Shown here: in pieces, positions 1 through 9,720 of the stretch
Layout: every line of letters begins with the position of its first letter
How positions within the stretch are numbered: position 1 is the stretch's first letter
NCBI GenBank assembly: GCA_963668645.2
Contig: CAXXWC010000019.1
Location: 96,001 to 160,000, forward strand
DNA: 64,000 bases
Source of the DNA: Desulfobacterales bacterium
GTDB lineage: Bacteria > Desulfobacterota > Desulfobacteria > Desulfobacterales > UBA2174
Reading direction: 5' to 3'
The notes under the pieces: generated by a model
The model's database searches: none
What the model saw: the letters and a program-made list of their open reading frames with translations, nothing else
Told to the model about the DNA's origin: nothing
Position numbers and translations under genes: made by a program

Positions 1-817
1 TGCCGAGCCGGAGCACCTCGGTAGCGGGAACCGGGGTGCCGAGATTCTCCAGAAGCCGGATCAGATCGTTGCGCGAGCACTCGGAGATACACAGGATCAG
101 ATCGGCGCTCCAGGCCACGTCCGCAAAGTACTTGGCGAATTTGGCGGCCACATCGCCGACGCAAAGGTGGGGGAACTTCACTGGGATGATATCGTAGCAG
201 AAGAGCAGTGTCTTGAAGGCTTCTTTTCGTTTCTGCCTGTACAAATAGACGATGTCCTTCTGATCCCAATCAAGTCCGAGACTGATATAGACGTCACCGT
301 TGGAAAACGGCGTTGGATGAGCAGCCGACACCGCCGAACCATAAGGGCTCGCATACAATGTTGGCGTCGACAGGGTTGGCCGCATCAACTCGCGAAACGC
401 CAGCCGCCATTCTCTCAGCCCCCTGATCGCCGCATGAAAAGATGGTTTGCGCCGGGTGACAGACAGGTAGATCCGGTGCTGCAAATCTGCTGGCAATCCT
501 TTAATTAATTTAAAAAACAAGGCTTTTAGACGCTCTCTCCCGGGGCGAGACGAAGCGGTGGCTTCATCCATCGTGTTGCCGGGACCAAAGGATGCCGACC
601 CGTTCTGAGGCTGCCCGATCCTTTCGAGTGCCGCCCGAACGGCACGGGGCGCGACTTCATGATAACGCGTTGCAAGCCGATCGAATCGGCAAAAGCGGAC
701 GGTCGAATCTTTTGAATCCAATGCATGGGCCGCGCACTCGGACTCGACGCGCAAGACACCCACTGCGGGTCTATCCCACCCTAGCAAGGTGGTAACATCC
801 AGCCAGACGACAGGCAT
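1..817 (-). CDS. Glycosyltransferase family 4, 3' end runs off the window
   Basis: Not in the ORF track; translated by hand. MPVVWLDVTTLLGWDRPAVGVLRVE...LLFCYDIIPVKFPHLC...ADLILCISECSRNDL has the GT4 N-terminal YDxIP and ISExS motifs. An alternative in-frame ATG lies at 868. Confidence 0.8.
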   Translation of the reverse strand, partial: MPVVWLDVTTLLGWDRPAVGVLRVESECAAHALDSKDSTVRFCRFDRLATRYHEVAPRAVRAALERIGQPQNGSASFGPGNTMDEATASSRPGRERLKALFFKLIKGLPADLQHRIYLSVTRRKPSFHAAIRGLREWRLAFRELMRPTLSTPTLYASPYGSAVSAAHPTPFSNGDVYISLGLDWDQKDIVYLYRQKRKEAFKTLLFCYDIIPVKFPHLCVGDVAAKFAKYFADVAWSADLILCISECSRNDLIRLLENLGTPVPATEVLRLG

Positions 818-887
818 CAGTAGTCCTCGATTCCTCGCAAGATCTGGAAATCCAGCTTTCAGGTTCATGCCACCGGGAAAAATGTTG

Positions 888-2114
888 CTATGATGTCATT
901 AACCGCTCGACGGCATACGATAACCCGGCCAGACAACGATCCCAGCGCAGTTGTTCACGCAAATCGTCCCGTCCAGGCCGGCATGTCTCAATTTTGGGCC
1001 TTGTCAAGACGTCTCGCATGGCGCGGCGCCAATCTGCCGGACTGTGGCACACAAAGGTTTCAGGCAACCGGACAAAGGCCTCAAAACCGCGCAAGGCCGT
1101 TGGCGAACAAATCACATAGGCCCCTGAATAAAGGGCTTCGGCCGTTTTCAAATTTGACCCACCGCCGTGCTGGATGGGCAGCAAGTAGGCGTGGGCCAGG
1201 TACTTGACCGCTGCCAGATCCGCATCCGAAAGGAGCCCCAGCAGTTCCAACCGGGATAGATTCAACGAATTCCATCGCGTTGCAGCTAAGAGCCGATAGA
1301 GATGCTCGCCGACGCTGCCGACAACCACGAGTCTGGAATCGGGGGGGATGCATCCCAGGGAGTCGCCGACGCAATCGATAAATCCCGTGAAATTAGGCGG
1401 ATGCGCGCTGGCCACGTATAGGATCCAGGGCACTTCGGGCAGCTGTTTTTTCCATTTTGAAAGGACCTCCGGCATCGCCGTCCAGGGGGCGATGCCGTTG
1501 GGGGCCAGCAGGCAAGAGCGGGCGCCCCATTCAATCAGCGCCTGTTGATCGGCCGGGCAGACTGCCAGGCACAGATCGGCCTCGACGGCGGCTTGCCGCT
1601 CGAGGGCGCCGACGGCCTCCACCGCGTCTTGGGCGTCCTGGACGGCGAAACTTTCAAAAATGCCGGCCTTGAGGGGCTGCTCGATATTGGCCGAACCGTA
1701 CACGAGGACGGCCCTGTTATAGGCCGCAATCTGCTTGATGCGGCGCGCCAGGGGCCATAACCAAGGTTGCTCGACGTGGATGATGTCGATGCGCCCGGGC
1801 AGACAGGCCTCGATGGCGGGAAAGCCGCCGTCCCGGGCCGCGGCGAAGCGTCCGGATTGCAGATCGTTGACAAAGGGCAGATCGCACCCATCGAATTTGC
1901 GGTAGCGCGAATCGAGTGGAAACGGAATGTCGCGCGGTCCCAGGGCCGCTCCCTGGTAAGCTTCGGGCTCGAAAACGGCGATACTCTCCACCCGCAAACC
2001 CGCTGCGGCATAGGCCTTGGCGATATTGGCCAGTCTCACCTGGCCGCCGTGCCGCGGTACGGCAAACGGGTATGTACTCAGTAAAAGAACCGTTAGCGCA
2101 GAAAACCTCGTCAT
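888..2114 (-). CDS. GT4-like glycosyltransferase
   Basis: PRHGGQVR N-terminus, APNG, and GGGSNLKTAEAL C-terminal GT-B motif. ATGA overlap with the wzm stop. Confidence 0.8.
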   Translation of the reverse strand: MTRFSALTVLLLSTYPFAVPRHGGQVRLANIAKAYAAAGLRVESIAVFEPEAYQGAALGPRDIPFPLDSRYRKFDGCDLPFVNDLQSGRFAAARDGGFPAIEACLPGRIDIIHVEQPWLWPLARRIKQIAAYNRAVLVYGSANIEQPLKAGIFESFAVQDAQDAVEAVGALERQAAVEADLCLAVCPADQQALIEWGARSCLLAPNGIAPWTAMPEVLSKWKKQLPEVPWILYVASAHPPNFTGFIDCVGDSLGCIPPDSRLVVVGSVGEHLYRLLAATRWNSLNLSRLELLGLLSDADLAAVKYLAHAYLLPIQHGGGSNLKTAEALYSGAYVICSPTALRGFEAFVRLPETFVCHSPADWRRAMRDVLTRPKIETCRPGRDDLREQLRWDRCLAGLSYAVERLMTS

Positions 2115-2905
2115 AACTCGTCCACCATTTCACCGGCATGCCGCCGAAAGAGCCGGAAGCCCCAGTAGCAAAGCAGTCCGGCCAGAATGGCCAGCGCGCC
2201 GAGCGACTTCCAGGAAGGCCCCTGGCCAGAGACCAGGATCGTCTGGTAGGCCCCGGTGAACCGGGCCATGGGATTTAAGCCCATCAGCTGCCGCACCGAC
2301 TGGGGCAGGATGGTAACCGGATAGACAATGGGTGTGAGCCAGAACCAGAACTGGAGCACCACATTGAACAACTGCCCCACATCCCGAAAAAAGACGTTCA
2401 ACACCCCCAGAACCATCCCCAGCCCGATGGAAAAGGCGATCTGAACCACCAGCACGGGAATCACGACCAAAAAAATCCACCCGGGAAAGTTACCCGAAAA
2501 GAGTAAAAAGAGGGTGAACAGGCCGAAGATGATGGCGAAGTTGAGCAGGGCGCTGCCCACGACGATGGCCGGCAGGCAGATGCGTGGAAAACTCAGTTTC
2601 TTTAACAGATTGGCTTGTTCCAGAAAAACGTTCTGGGAGCGTCCGGTTATCTCGGCGAACAGGTTCCAGGTCAGCACCCCGGCGCACAGGTAGATGCTGT
2701 AGCCGAAAGTGCTCTCCACCCCGGGCAGCCGGGTGCGCATGATCTGGGCAAAAATCACGGTGTAGACCACGATCATAGCCAGGGGGTTGAGCACGGTCCA
2801 AGCAGCTCCGAGCATCGAGTTGCGGTACTTGAGCTGGAATTCGCGCTTGACGCTGCCAAGAATGAAGCCGCGATAGGTCCACAGGGCACGCAATAAACCG
2901 GTCAT
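2111..2905 (-). CDS. wzm: ABC-2 polysaccharide exporter permease
   Basis: KREFQLKYRNSMLGAAWTVLNP, VFFRDVGQ, WLTPIVYP, LNPM; hydrophobic 264 aa protein. Confidence 0.92.
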   Translation of the reverse strand: MTGLLRALWTYRGFILGSVKREFQLKYRNSMLGAAWTVLNPLAMIVVYTVIFAQIMRTRLPGVESTFGYSIYLCAGVLTWNLFAEITGRSQNVFLEQANLLKKLSFPRICLPAIVVGSALLNFAIIFGLFTLFLLFSGNFPGWIFLVVIPVLVVQIAFSIGLGMVLGVLNVFFRDVGQLFNVVLQFWFWLTPIVYPVTILPQSVRQLMGLNPMARFTGAYQTILVSGQGPSWKSLGALAILAGLLCYWGFRLFRRHAGEMVDEL

Positions 2906-2945
2906 AAGCAGGCTCCGGGTAAAAGAATGACGGCATTGAGCGCGA

Positions 2946-4043
2946 TCAACGACTCAGATCCTCGAAGGCGGTTGCCAGCTGTCTGGCATAGGTGTCCCAG
3001 CGGAAGCGGCAGGCCTGCTCACGCCCCTTTCGGGCCAGGGCAAGGCGAAGATCCTGGCGTTGGATGATCTGCCGGATCGCCCGGCCGATGGATTCCACGT
3101 CGAAAGGATCGACCAAAAGGGCCGCGTTTCCGGCCGCCTCGGGCATCGAGGATCGCCGCGAGGTGATCACCGGTGTCCCGCAGGCCATGGCTTCCAGGAT
3201 CGGAAAGCCGAAGCCTTCGTAAAGCGATGGAAACACCAGGGCCAACGCTTGCTGATAGAGGCTGAACAACTGGGGCCGGCTGACATACCCGAGCCTGTGG
3301 ACAAAATCGGCGGCTGCCGTGAAAGCCGTCCCGTTCACCAGGGCCTGCGATTTCCACCCCCGGCCTCCGGCGACCACCAGATGGACCCCATGTTCTTCGG
3401 GCCGTGTGCCAAGATAGGCGCGCAAGAGGCGTTGGAAATTCTTGCGCGGCTCCATGGTCCCGACAAAAAGCAGAAACCGCTCCGGCAGCCCTTCCGGGAG
3501 GAAAGAAGCGTCCGGCGGGCCGTGATCCGGAGCGCCCGGGTAAACGACGCGGATCTTTCCCGCGGCAGCCGGGTAATACTTTTGAAGATCCCCGGCGGTC
3601 GACCGGCTGTCGGCCAGAACCAGCGACGCCCGGCGCACCGAGAGGCCCATCAGCAGCCGTTCGAGGACCAAGTTGCGCAGGGTCATGGTTTCCGGATGGC
3701 GCCGGTGCACCACATCGTGGATGGTGAGCAGGCATTTGACACGGCGCGGCGTCCAGACCGGCAGATGGTGGCGCGTGCCCCAAAACAGATCGAGCCCCAA
3801 TCGTTCGGCCAGGACCGGTCCCCACGCCTGGAGCCAAGCCGAACCGAGCCCTGGCAGCTTCAGGCCTCTGGAGACCTCTTTCCAGCGCCCATGCTGAAAC
3901 CCTGGACGGATATCAGCGCTGGAAATCAGATAGTAATGATGAGCCGTTTCCAGCCGGCGAAGCGCGTTCAGGGCGTTGTATAGATAGATGCCGATCCCCG
4001 TGGGCGCTTCAATAAGGGGCCGCGCATCGATACCGATCCTCAC
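2946..4043 (-). CDS. GT4 glycosyltransferase (mannosyl/rhamnosyltransferase-like)
   Basis: GTG start (VRIGIDARPL) overlapping the gmd stop; VGTMEPRKN and FPSLYEGFGFPILEAMACG. Confidence 0.9.
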   Translation of the reverse strand: MRIGIDARPLIEAPTGIGIYLYNALNALRRLETAHHYYLISSADIRPGFQHGRWKEVSRGLKLPGLGSAWLQAWGPVLAERLGLDLFWGTRHHLPVWTPRRVKCLLTIHDVVHRRHPETMTLRNLVLERLLMGLSVRRASLVLADSRSTAGDLQKYYPAAAGKIRVVYPGAPDHGPPDASFLPEGLPERFLLFVGTMEPRKNFQRLLRAYLGTRPEEHGVHLVVAGGRGWKSQALVNGTAFTAAADFVHRLGYVSRPQLFSLYQQALALVFPSLYEGFGFPILEAMACGTPVITSRRSSMPEAAGNAALLVDPFDVESIGRAIRQIIQRQDLRLALARKGREQACRFRWDTYARQLATAFEDLSR

Positions 4044-5014
4044 GAAGATCCTGTTCCGTCGCCACCGCGCTCGGCCGCCACGATCCACTCGATTACCTCG
4101 CGCATGCGCCGTTTGGCCCGCCAGCGCAACTGCCGGCCGGCCTTGGCCGGATTGCCCCGGCTGATCATGATGTCTGAGGGCCGCAGCAGCGTGTCATCAC
4201 TGACCAGATGCCGCCGCCAGTCCAGGTCCAACAGTTCGAAGACCGTGGCCACGAATTCTTCCAGGGTATGCGTCTCGCCGGTGGCGATGACAAAATCCTC
4301 GGCCTTTTCCTGTTGTAGCATGCGCCACATGGCCTCGACATACTCCTCGGCGCTGCCCCAGTCGCGGGCGATGCGGATGTTGCCCAGCTTTAGTTTCTCA
4401 GCGCTGCCGGCGGCGATGCGGCAGGCGGTGGCGACGATCTTCCGGGTGACGAAACGCTCGGGCCGCAGGGGTGACTCATGGTTGAATAAAATGCCGGTGC
4501 AGGCAAACAGGCCGTAGGCCTCTCGGTAGTTGGCCACCTCCCAGTGGGCGGTGGCCTTGGCCACAGCATAGGGGCTGCGGGGCCGGAAAGGGGTTTCCTC
4601 ATCCGCCGCCAGCCCGTTCGTGTTTCCGAAACACTCGCTCGATCCGGCATTGTAGAGCTTTACGGGCAATTTGGTAAAACGGATCGCCTCCAGAAGATTG
4701 AGGGTTCCCACGGCAATGCTGTCCAGCGTCTCCACCGGCTGTTCAAAGGAAAGGCCCACCGAACTCTGGCCGGCCAGGTTGTATACCTCATCGGGCTTGA
4801 CGCGAGTGAGCACCTGCAGCACGCTGCGAAAATCGTTGAGGGCCATCGAATGGAAGCAGATCCGGTCGGCAACAGCGAACCGCCTCAGATTGGAAAAACG
4901 CGCCACCTGCGCATCGCGAGCGGTGCCGTGCACCGCGTAGCCCTTTGCGAGCAGCAGGCGGCTCAAGTAGGCCCCGTCCTGGCCTGAAATTCCGGTGATC
5001 AAGGCTTTTTTCAT
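4040..5014 (-). CDS. gmd: GDP-mannose 4,6-dehydratase
   Basis: ALITGISGQDGAYL, YNLAGQSSV, SPYAVAK, LFNHESPLRPERFVTRKI, RDWG. Confidence 0.9.
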   Translation of the reverse strand: MKKALITGISGQDGAYLSRLLLAKGYAVHGTARDAQVARFSNLRRFAVADRICFHSMALNDFRSVLQVLTRVKPDEVYNLAGQSSVGLSFEQPVETLDSIAVGTLNLLEAIRFTKLPVKLYNAGSSECFGNTNGLAADEETPFRPRSPYAVAKATAHWEVANYREAYGLFACTGILFNHESPLRPERFVTRKIVATACRIAAGSAEKLKLGNIRIARDWGSAEEYVEAMWRMLQQEKAEDFVIATGETHTLEEFVATVFELLDLDWRRHLVSDDTLLRPSDIMISRGNPAKAGRQLRWRAKRRMREVIEWIVAAERGGDGTGSS

Positions 5015-6051
5015 GACAGATGCCCCTCAAGCGTTGGAATCCTGACGTCCTTCATGTTTTGCCGATACCATACAGCGGTCTCGTAGAGCCCCTGCTGCAT
5101 CGAAAAAGGCGGCCGCCACCCCAGGAGGGTCCGGATATGGGTGGCATCCACCTGCAAATCGCGGCACAGCTTGTCGAGCCGGCGTCCCTGCCCGAAAAGG
5201 CCGGCCATCTTCTTGAGCCACGGATAGGGAAAGGCGAACAGGCGGGCCGGCCGGCCCATGATGGCAGCCAAGCGTCGGATCAACTCCGGGGTCGAGATGT
5301 CCTCGGCGTCCGAAACGATGAAGGTCTGCCCGGCGGCCTGTTGATGGTCGGCGCACAAGATCAGGGCGTCCACCAGGTTGCTACGGCTGATGAAACTGCG
5401 GCGGTTGTTGACTGAACCCAGTGGCAGGGGCCACCCGCGGGCCACCAGGGCCAAAAGGCTCAACATGTTGCCCTTGACTTCAGGGCCATAGACAAGGGGC
5501 GGGCGCACCACGACGATCTCGAGCCCCGTCTCCTGGGCGATCCGGTGCAGGCCGCATTCGGCCTCGTATTTGGCCTTGGCGTAAGGGATGTCGGGACGCG
5601 GTGGATCGGATTCACGAAAAGGCCTGCCGTTGGTGAGACTTCCGTTGACCCGGATCGTGCTGGCAAACACCAGGCGCCGCACGCCGGTCCAAGCCGCCGC
5701 CCGGGCCAGGGCCAGCGGCACATTCCGGTTCGCCTCCTGGTGAAGCTGGCAATAGCTGTTCGTAACCTCCCGGTCCATGTGGACCCGCGCCCCGAGATGG
5801 ATGATGGTATCGATTCCCCGGCAAGCGTCGATCCAGTCGGCCCGGTGCACCGCCGGGGCCGGGACCCCCCTTGCCTCGATTTCACCGCAGGGCGCCAAAC
5901 GCTCCTGTAATACGGCCAGGCGCCGTCCCAGCGCCTCTCGCTGGCCCGGCCGCGAGGTGGTCGCACGCAAGCCGTAGCCAGCCGACAATAGCGCCTCGCA
6001 GAGGGCCCGCCCGATAAAGCCACCGGCACCGGTGACCAGAACCCGTTTCAT
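5011..6051 (-). CDS. NAD-dependent epimerase/dehydratase (extended SDR)
   Basis: Start MKRVLVTGAGGFIG; YAKAK catalytic YxxxK; RPPLVYGP. ATGA overlap with the upstream stop. Confidence 0.88.
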   Translation of the reverse strand: MKRVLVTGAGGFIGRALCEALLSAGYGLRATTSRPGQREALGRRLAVLQERLAPCGEIEARGVPAPAVHRADWIDACRGIDTIIHLGARVHMDREVTNSYCQLHQEANRNVPLALARAAAWTGVRRLVFASTIRVNGSLTNGRPFRESDPPRPDIPYAKAKYEAECGLHRIAQETGLEIVVVRPPLVYGPEVKGNMLSLLALVARGWPLPLGSVNNRRSFISRSNLVDALILCADHQQAAGQTFIVSDAEDISTPELIRRLAAIMGRPARLFAFPYPWLKKMAGLFGQGRRLDKLCRDLQVDATHIRTLLGWRPPFSMQQGLYETAVWYRQNMKDVRIPTLEGHLS

Positions 6052-6827
6052 CTTCTTCTCTCCGGTTTGGGCCTTTGGATGAATTGCAGGCCGCGTGAAC
6101 CGCATTTGCTCACGGCAAGCCGAAACATCGAGGCGGGCAAGCCATGCCGCTTCAAGGCCTCCAAAATCTGCCGGTTTTGCGCCACCACATTGGTGATACG
6201 CCGGTTGGTAACGCCGCCCAGGCGCATTTTGACCAATACGCGTGGGATATAGCGGGACCGCAGCCGGTGCACATCGAGAAAACGCAGCATCAATTCGAAG
6301 TCCGCCGCCAGGGTATACACCGGGTCGAAGGTCCCGTGCTGCTCGTAAATCCTGCGACGCACGAAAAAGGTCGGATGCGGCGGGCACCAGCCCCGGGCAA
6401 AGGCCCCTGGTTCAAAACGCGAAGAGCGCCAGTAGCGCACGATGGACAAAGGATCGCGCCGCTTGACGTAACAAAGGTCACCGTAGCAGGCATCGACGTT
6501 CGGATCGCGAAAAATATCCGCCACGGCGGCCAGAACGTCATTGGCGGCGTAAACATCATCGGCGTTGAGAAATCCGATGACCGCCCCGCCAGCCCGGGCG
6601 ATGCCCTTGTTCATGGCATCGTAGATGCCAAGATCAGGCTCGGAAACCAGCCGCGTCCGGCTGCCGCCGTACGCCCTGGCCAGTGCCGCGGTGCCATCCT
6701 GCGACAGCCCGTCGATGACCCAGTGCTCATAATCCGCATGGCTCTGGGAGGCCACGGACCGCATCGTGTCCAGGATGGTCGCCGCGTCGTTCAATGTGAC
6801 GGTGATGATGGAAAATAGCGGCGCCAT
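6048..6827 (-). CDS. GT2 glycosyltransferase (WcaE-like)
   Basis: FSIITVTLN, IDGLSQDGT, EPDLGIYDAMNKG, FLNADD, PPHPTFF. Confidence 0.9.
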   Translation of the reverse strand: MAPLFSIITVTLNDAATILDTMRSVASQSHADYEHWVIDGLSQDGTAALARAYGGSRTRLVSEPDLGIYDAMNKGIARAGGAVIGFLNADDVYAANDVLAAVADIFRDPNVDACYGDLCYVKRRDPLSIVRYWRSSRFEPGAFARGWCPPHPTFFVRRRIYEQHGTFDPVYTLAADFELMLRFLDVHRLRSRYIPRVLVKMRLGGVTNRRITNVVAQNRQILEALKRHGLPASMFRLAVSKCGSRGLQFIQRPKPERRR

Positions 6828-7918
6828 CAATCGTCCCGCCTTCCTTGGAAAAGTTCCTGGTAAACGGCGATGGTGTCCCGATAACAACGCTCCCAGGAGA
6901 ACCGTTTGGCGTTCTGGAAACCGCGCTCAACCAGCGCGCGGCGCAGCGCTGGTTGTTCCAGTGCCCTGATCCGCGCCCCATAAGCCTCGGGGGCCGGCCG
7001 GGCCACGAGCAGGGCGGCGGTCCCGGCCACCTCGGGAATGGCCGAGGCGTCGGCCGCGATCACCGGACAGCCGGCCGCCATGGCCTCGACGACCGGAAGG
7101 CCGAAGCCTTCGCAAGTCGATGGATAGATAAGAGCCTGGGCATGGTTGTAAAAAGTATTGAGCGATTCATCGGAAAGATGGGCCAGGTGCAGATAGCGGC
7201 CTGGAAGCCGGCGGTCGAGCAGGGCCCGATGGTCCCGGTTCAGGGGGCCGCCGCCGATGACCACCAGGGCGCATCCTTCAACACGGCTGACCGCCTCGAC
7301 CGCCAGGTCGAAATTCTTGTAGGGAATCCGACTTCCGACATAGAGCAGAAACCGCTCGGCGCAAAAATCTTTCAATACGAGCGGTTTTCGGGCGGCCGCA
7401 ACGGGGCGAAAGGCTTCACTGCATCCCAGGGGGATGACGCGCACCTTGTGCGGGGAAAGACGGGGCATGAAACGGACCAGATCCCGCCGCGTGTGCTCGG
7501 AGACGCAAATCACCCGCTGCGCGCCGCGTAGCGCCAGGCGCTTCTGGAGCGAATGGACCCAGCGGGCCAGGCCCCTGCGGTAATGTTCGTAGGTGAAGTC
7601 GTGCAGGGTTTGCACCGTTTGCCAGCCGAGGCCCGTGGGCTGGCGGTAATAGCTCGAGTGGAAAACGGACCTTCGGCCGTGCGGCGCTGTCACGGGCAGA
7701 TAGCGGCCGATCCGTCGCGGACCGAGGCGGCAGCGCAGGCTCCGGTGGGGCGGCAAATCGAGCCGGGAGCGAAAAAGGTTGGCACGCCCGCCATCGGCCT
7801 CCAATGCGGTGAAATTCACGCTGTCGCGCACCATCCGCCGCAACAGCTCATACCAATAGACCGAAATGCCGCCGGCCGGTTGCAGGCTAAAAATGATATT
7901 GTCGAAGAAAATTTGCAC
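6827..7918 (-). CDS. GT4 glycosyltransferase
   Basis: DNIIFSLQPAGGISVY, VGSRIPYKNF, YPSTCEGFGLPVVEAMAAG. Confidence 0.9.
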   Translation of the reverse strand: MQIFFDNIIFSLQPAGGISVYWYELLRRMVRDSVNFTALEADGGRANLFRSRLDLPPHRSLRCRLGPRRIGRYLPVTAPHGRRSVFHSSYYRQPTGLGWQTVQTLHDFTYEHYRRGLARWVHSLQKRLALRGAQRVICVSEHTRRDLVRFMPRLSPHKVRVIPLGCSEAFRPVAAARKPLVLKDFCAERFLLYVGSRIPYKNFDLAVEAVSRVEGCALVVIGGGPLNRDHRALLDRRLPGRYLHLAHLSDESLNTFYNHAQALIYPSTCEGFGLPVVEAMAAGCPVIAADASAIPEVAGTAALLVARPAPEAYGARIRALEQPALRRALVERGFQNAKRFSWERCYRDTIAVYQELFQGRRDD

Positions 7919-7931
7919 AAAAAAAATGGCG

Positions 7932-8522
7932 TTAACTGCCCGCCCCCAAGCTCAGAATACGCCCGGCATCCACCCCGAGGGCCGCCAGCTGGGCGGCGGA
8001 TTCCGCCTCGGGCCCGATTGCGGTGATCAGAACCGGCGGCCCGTTTTTCCAGTTCACCTGATCAGGGGTCAGAACGGCAAATCCCATCCAGGCCCGGGCT
8101 GCGGGCTGCGGATCGACGATCGCTTCGAGGCGGATCCCGACCTCCTGCATGGAAATGTACGCGATTTCAGCCAATTCGCTCACCCCGTAAAGAACCATAC
8201 GCCGCACGGCGCGCCCTTGCAGCCCTTTGAAGAGCCGTTGCATGCGCTGGCGCGCCTCCCGGTAAAAAGAGACCGAATAGGCGATGTATTCGCAGGTCAA
8301 CCGGGTCTTTTCCAGGGCACCCTTGGGGGTCAGAATATAGCGTGCCCGTTTCCGTGGAATTTGGGTGACCTTGAAATACCCCTTGCGAGCCAGACGTTTG
8401 ATAAAGGCGTTGACCAGTCCCAGAGACACGTTCAGACGCCGGGCCAGGTCGCGCTGGCTGGCGCCGTCGTCGGCCTCGATCGCTTCGAGCAGCTTGAGCG
8501 TGCGGATCTCTTGGGGTGTCAT
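7932..8522 (-). CDS. MarR-type winged-helix regulator of the kind found at EPS loci, with a C-terminal Rossmann-like domain
   Basis: SQRDLARRLNVSLGLVNAFIKRLARKGY...YILTPKG wHTH; first gene of the glycan operon. Confidence 0.85.
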   Translation of the reverse strand: MTPQEIRTLKLLEAIEADDGASQRDLARRLNVSLGLVNAFIKRLARKGYFKVTQIPRKRARYILTPKGALEKTRLTCEYIAYSVSFYREARQRMQRLFKGLQGRAVRRMVLYGVSELAEIAYISMQEVGIRLEAIVDPQPAARAWMGFAVLTPDQVNWKNGPPVLITAIGPEAESAAQLAALGVDAGRILSLGAGS

Positions 8523-8900
8523 AAGGCGACCGGATGAACGGCGGGAAATGTTCAATCTCCCTGCGGGAGCGGGGCTGAACCGCGACCGAAGCGGCACGGC
8601 CGTCATCCATCGCGGATGCGATCCACTCCCATACGACAAAACGGGCCAGCCCGATCCTGAAGAATCATGGCAAGCCCGGAGCAGTCACTTCTGAGAGCCG
8701 CTGGAACCGAATCTTTTACAGTAGCCTTTCAGGTCTTCGATGACCTTCTCCAGTTCAGGAACGTAGCGCAGCACGTCCATGAAAGGATATCGGCCTGATC
8801 CGCATCAAGTCGCATCTTGACAGCTCCGCCGCTCCGGTTCCACGCCGGATACAATCTAACCACTTATTATATAATCGAATAATTACTTATCCCCTCTTTC

Positions 8901-8938
8901 TGTTCGAACATTGAACACCATCTCCGGTCTTTGGTCAA
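8901..8938 (-). promoter_or_regulatory. Putative sigma70 promoter with overlapping TGTTC-N7-GAACA palindrome
   Basis: Minus strand TTGACC-17 bp-TTCAAT; inverted repeat tgttcgaacattgaaca at 8901-8917. Confidence 0.4.
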
Positions 8939-9094
8939 GGGCTATGTGGGCCTGCGGCAGGATGGCCGGATCAGTCGTTCCGCATGATGCCAGGTGCCAT
9001 TCCGAAGAACGCCGCGACGATGAAAGCATTGGACTGCAAAGGCTGGAAAAACAGGAAAACGCAATCCGGCCCAAAACCGATCAAACGCCGATCC

Positions 9095-9607
9095 CTACCG
9101 AACCTCGATATAGTGCCGGATTGCAGCGAATTTGTTGCGATCGATGCCATCGATCTTCATGATGTCTTCGGGGGTTTCGAAGGGAGCCTTCTGCTGGCGG
9201 TGTTCGATGATACGCACCGCCAGGACGGGACCGATCCCCGGCAGACGCGCCAGTTGGCTGGGGGTGGCCTGGTTGAGGTCGACGGCCAGCGGCTCAGGGC
9301 TGTCCATGAGCCGGCGATGGGCTTTCTGGTAATGGCGTTCAAGGACCTGGCGGGCCTGGCGGGATTGAGCCGGATTCTGCCAAGATTCACGCTCCAGGCT
9401 GCCCAGCACCCAGATGAGCTGGTCCGCATCGACGGTGCCGTCGGCCTCGCGGTAGGGGCAATGCCGGTATTTGCGGCCAACCGCATCGGTTTCCACCACG
9501 GCGAAACTACTGTCGGGCAACAGGTGAATCTTGACGTCCATCCAGTCCTGGGCCGCGGCCGGCAGGGGCAGCAGGAGCAAAAACAGACAAAGGCAGAGGT
9601 GTTTCAT
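9095..9607 (-). CDS. Secreted ComEA-type helix-hairpin-helix protein with an extra N-terminal domain
   Basis: Signal peptide MKHLCLCLFLLLLPLPAAA; C-terminal VDLNQAT..QLARLPGIGPVLA.RI...F...DIMKIDGI. Confidence 0.8.
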   Translation of the reverse strand: MKHLCLCLFLLLLPLPAAAQDWMDVKIHLLPDSSFAVVETDAVGRKYRHCPYREADGTVDADQLIWVLGSLERESWQNPAQSRQARQVLERHYQKAHRRLMDSPEPLAVDLNQATPSQLARLPGIGPVLAVRIIEHRQQKAPFETPEDIMKIDGIDRNKFAAIRHYIEVR

Positions 9608-9644
9608 GGCGTATCTCCAAGTGCCGGTGGACAGATACGTATCC

Positions 9645-9715
9645 GTGAGAGCGGTTTTCAAGCGCGATCCGAGATGGCGCGAACGTCACTAGTCGCGGTT
9701 ACAAACCGCTCCCAC
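9645..9715. repeat. Inverted REP-like doublet (GTGGGAGCGG family)
   Basis: gtgagagcggttttcaagcgcga at 9645-9667 and the inverse tcgcggttacaaaccgctcccac at 9693-9715. Confidence 0.7.
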
Positions 9716-9720
9716 GGCCG

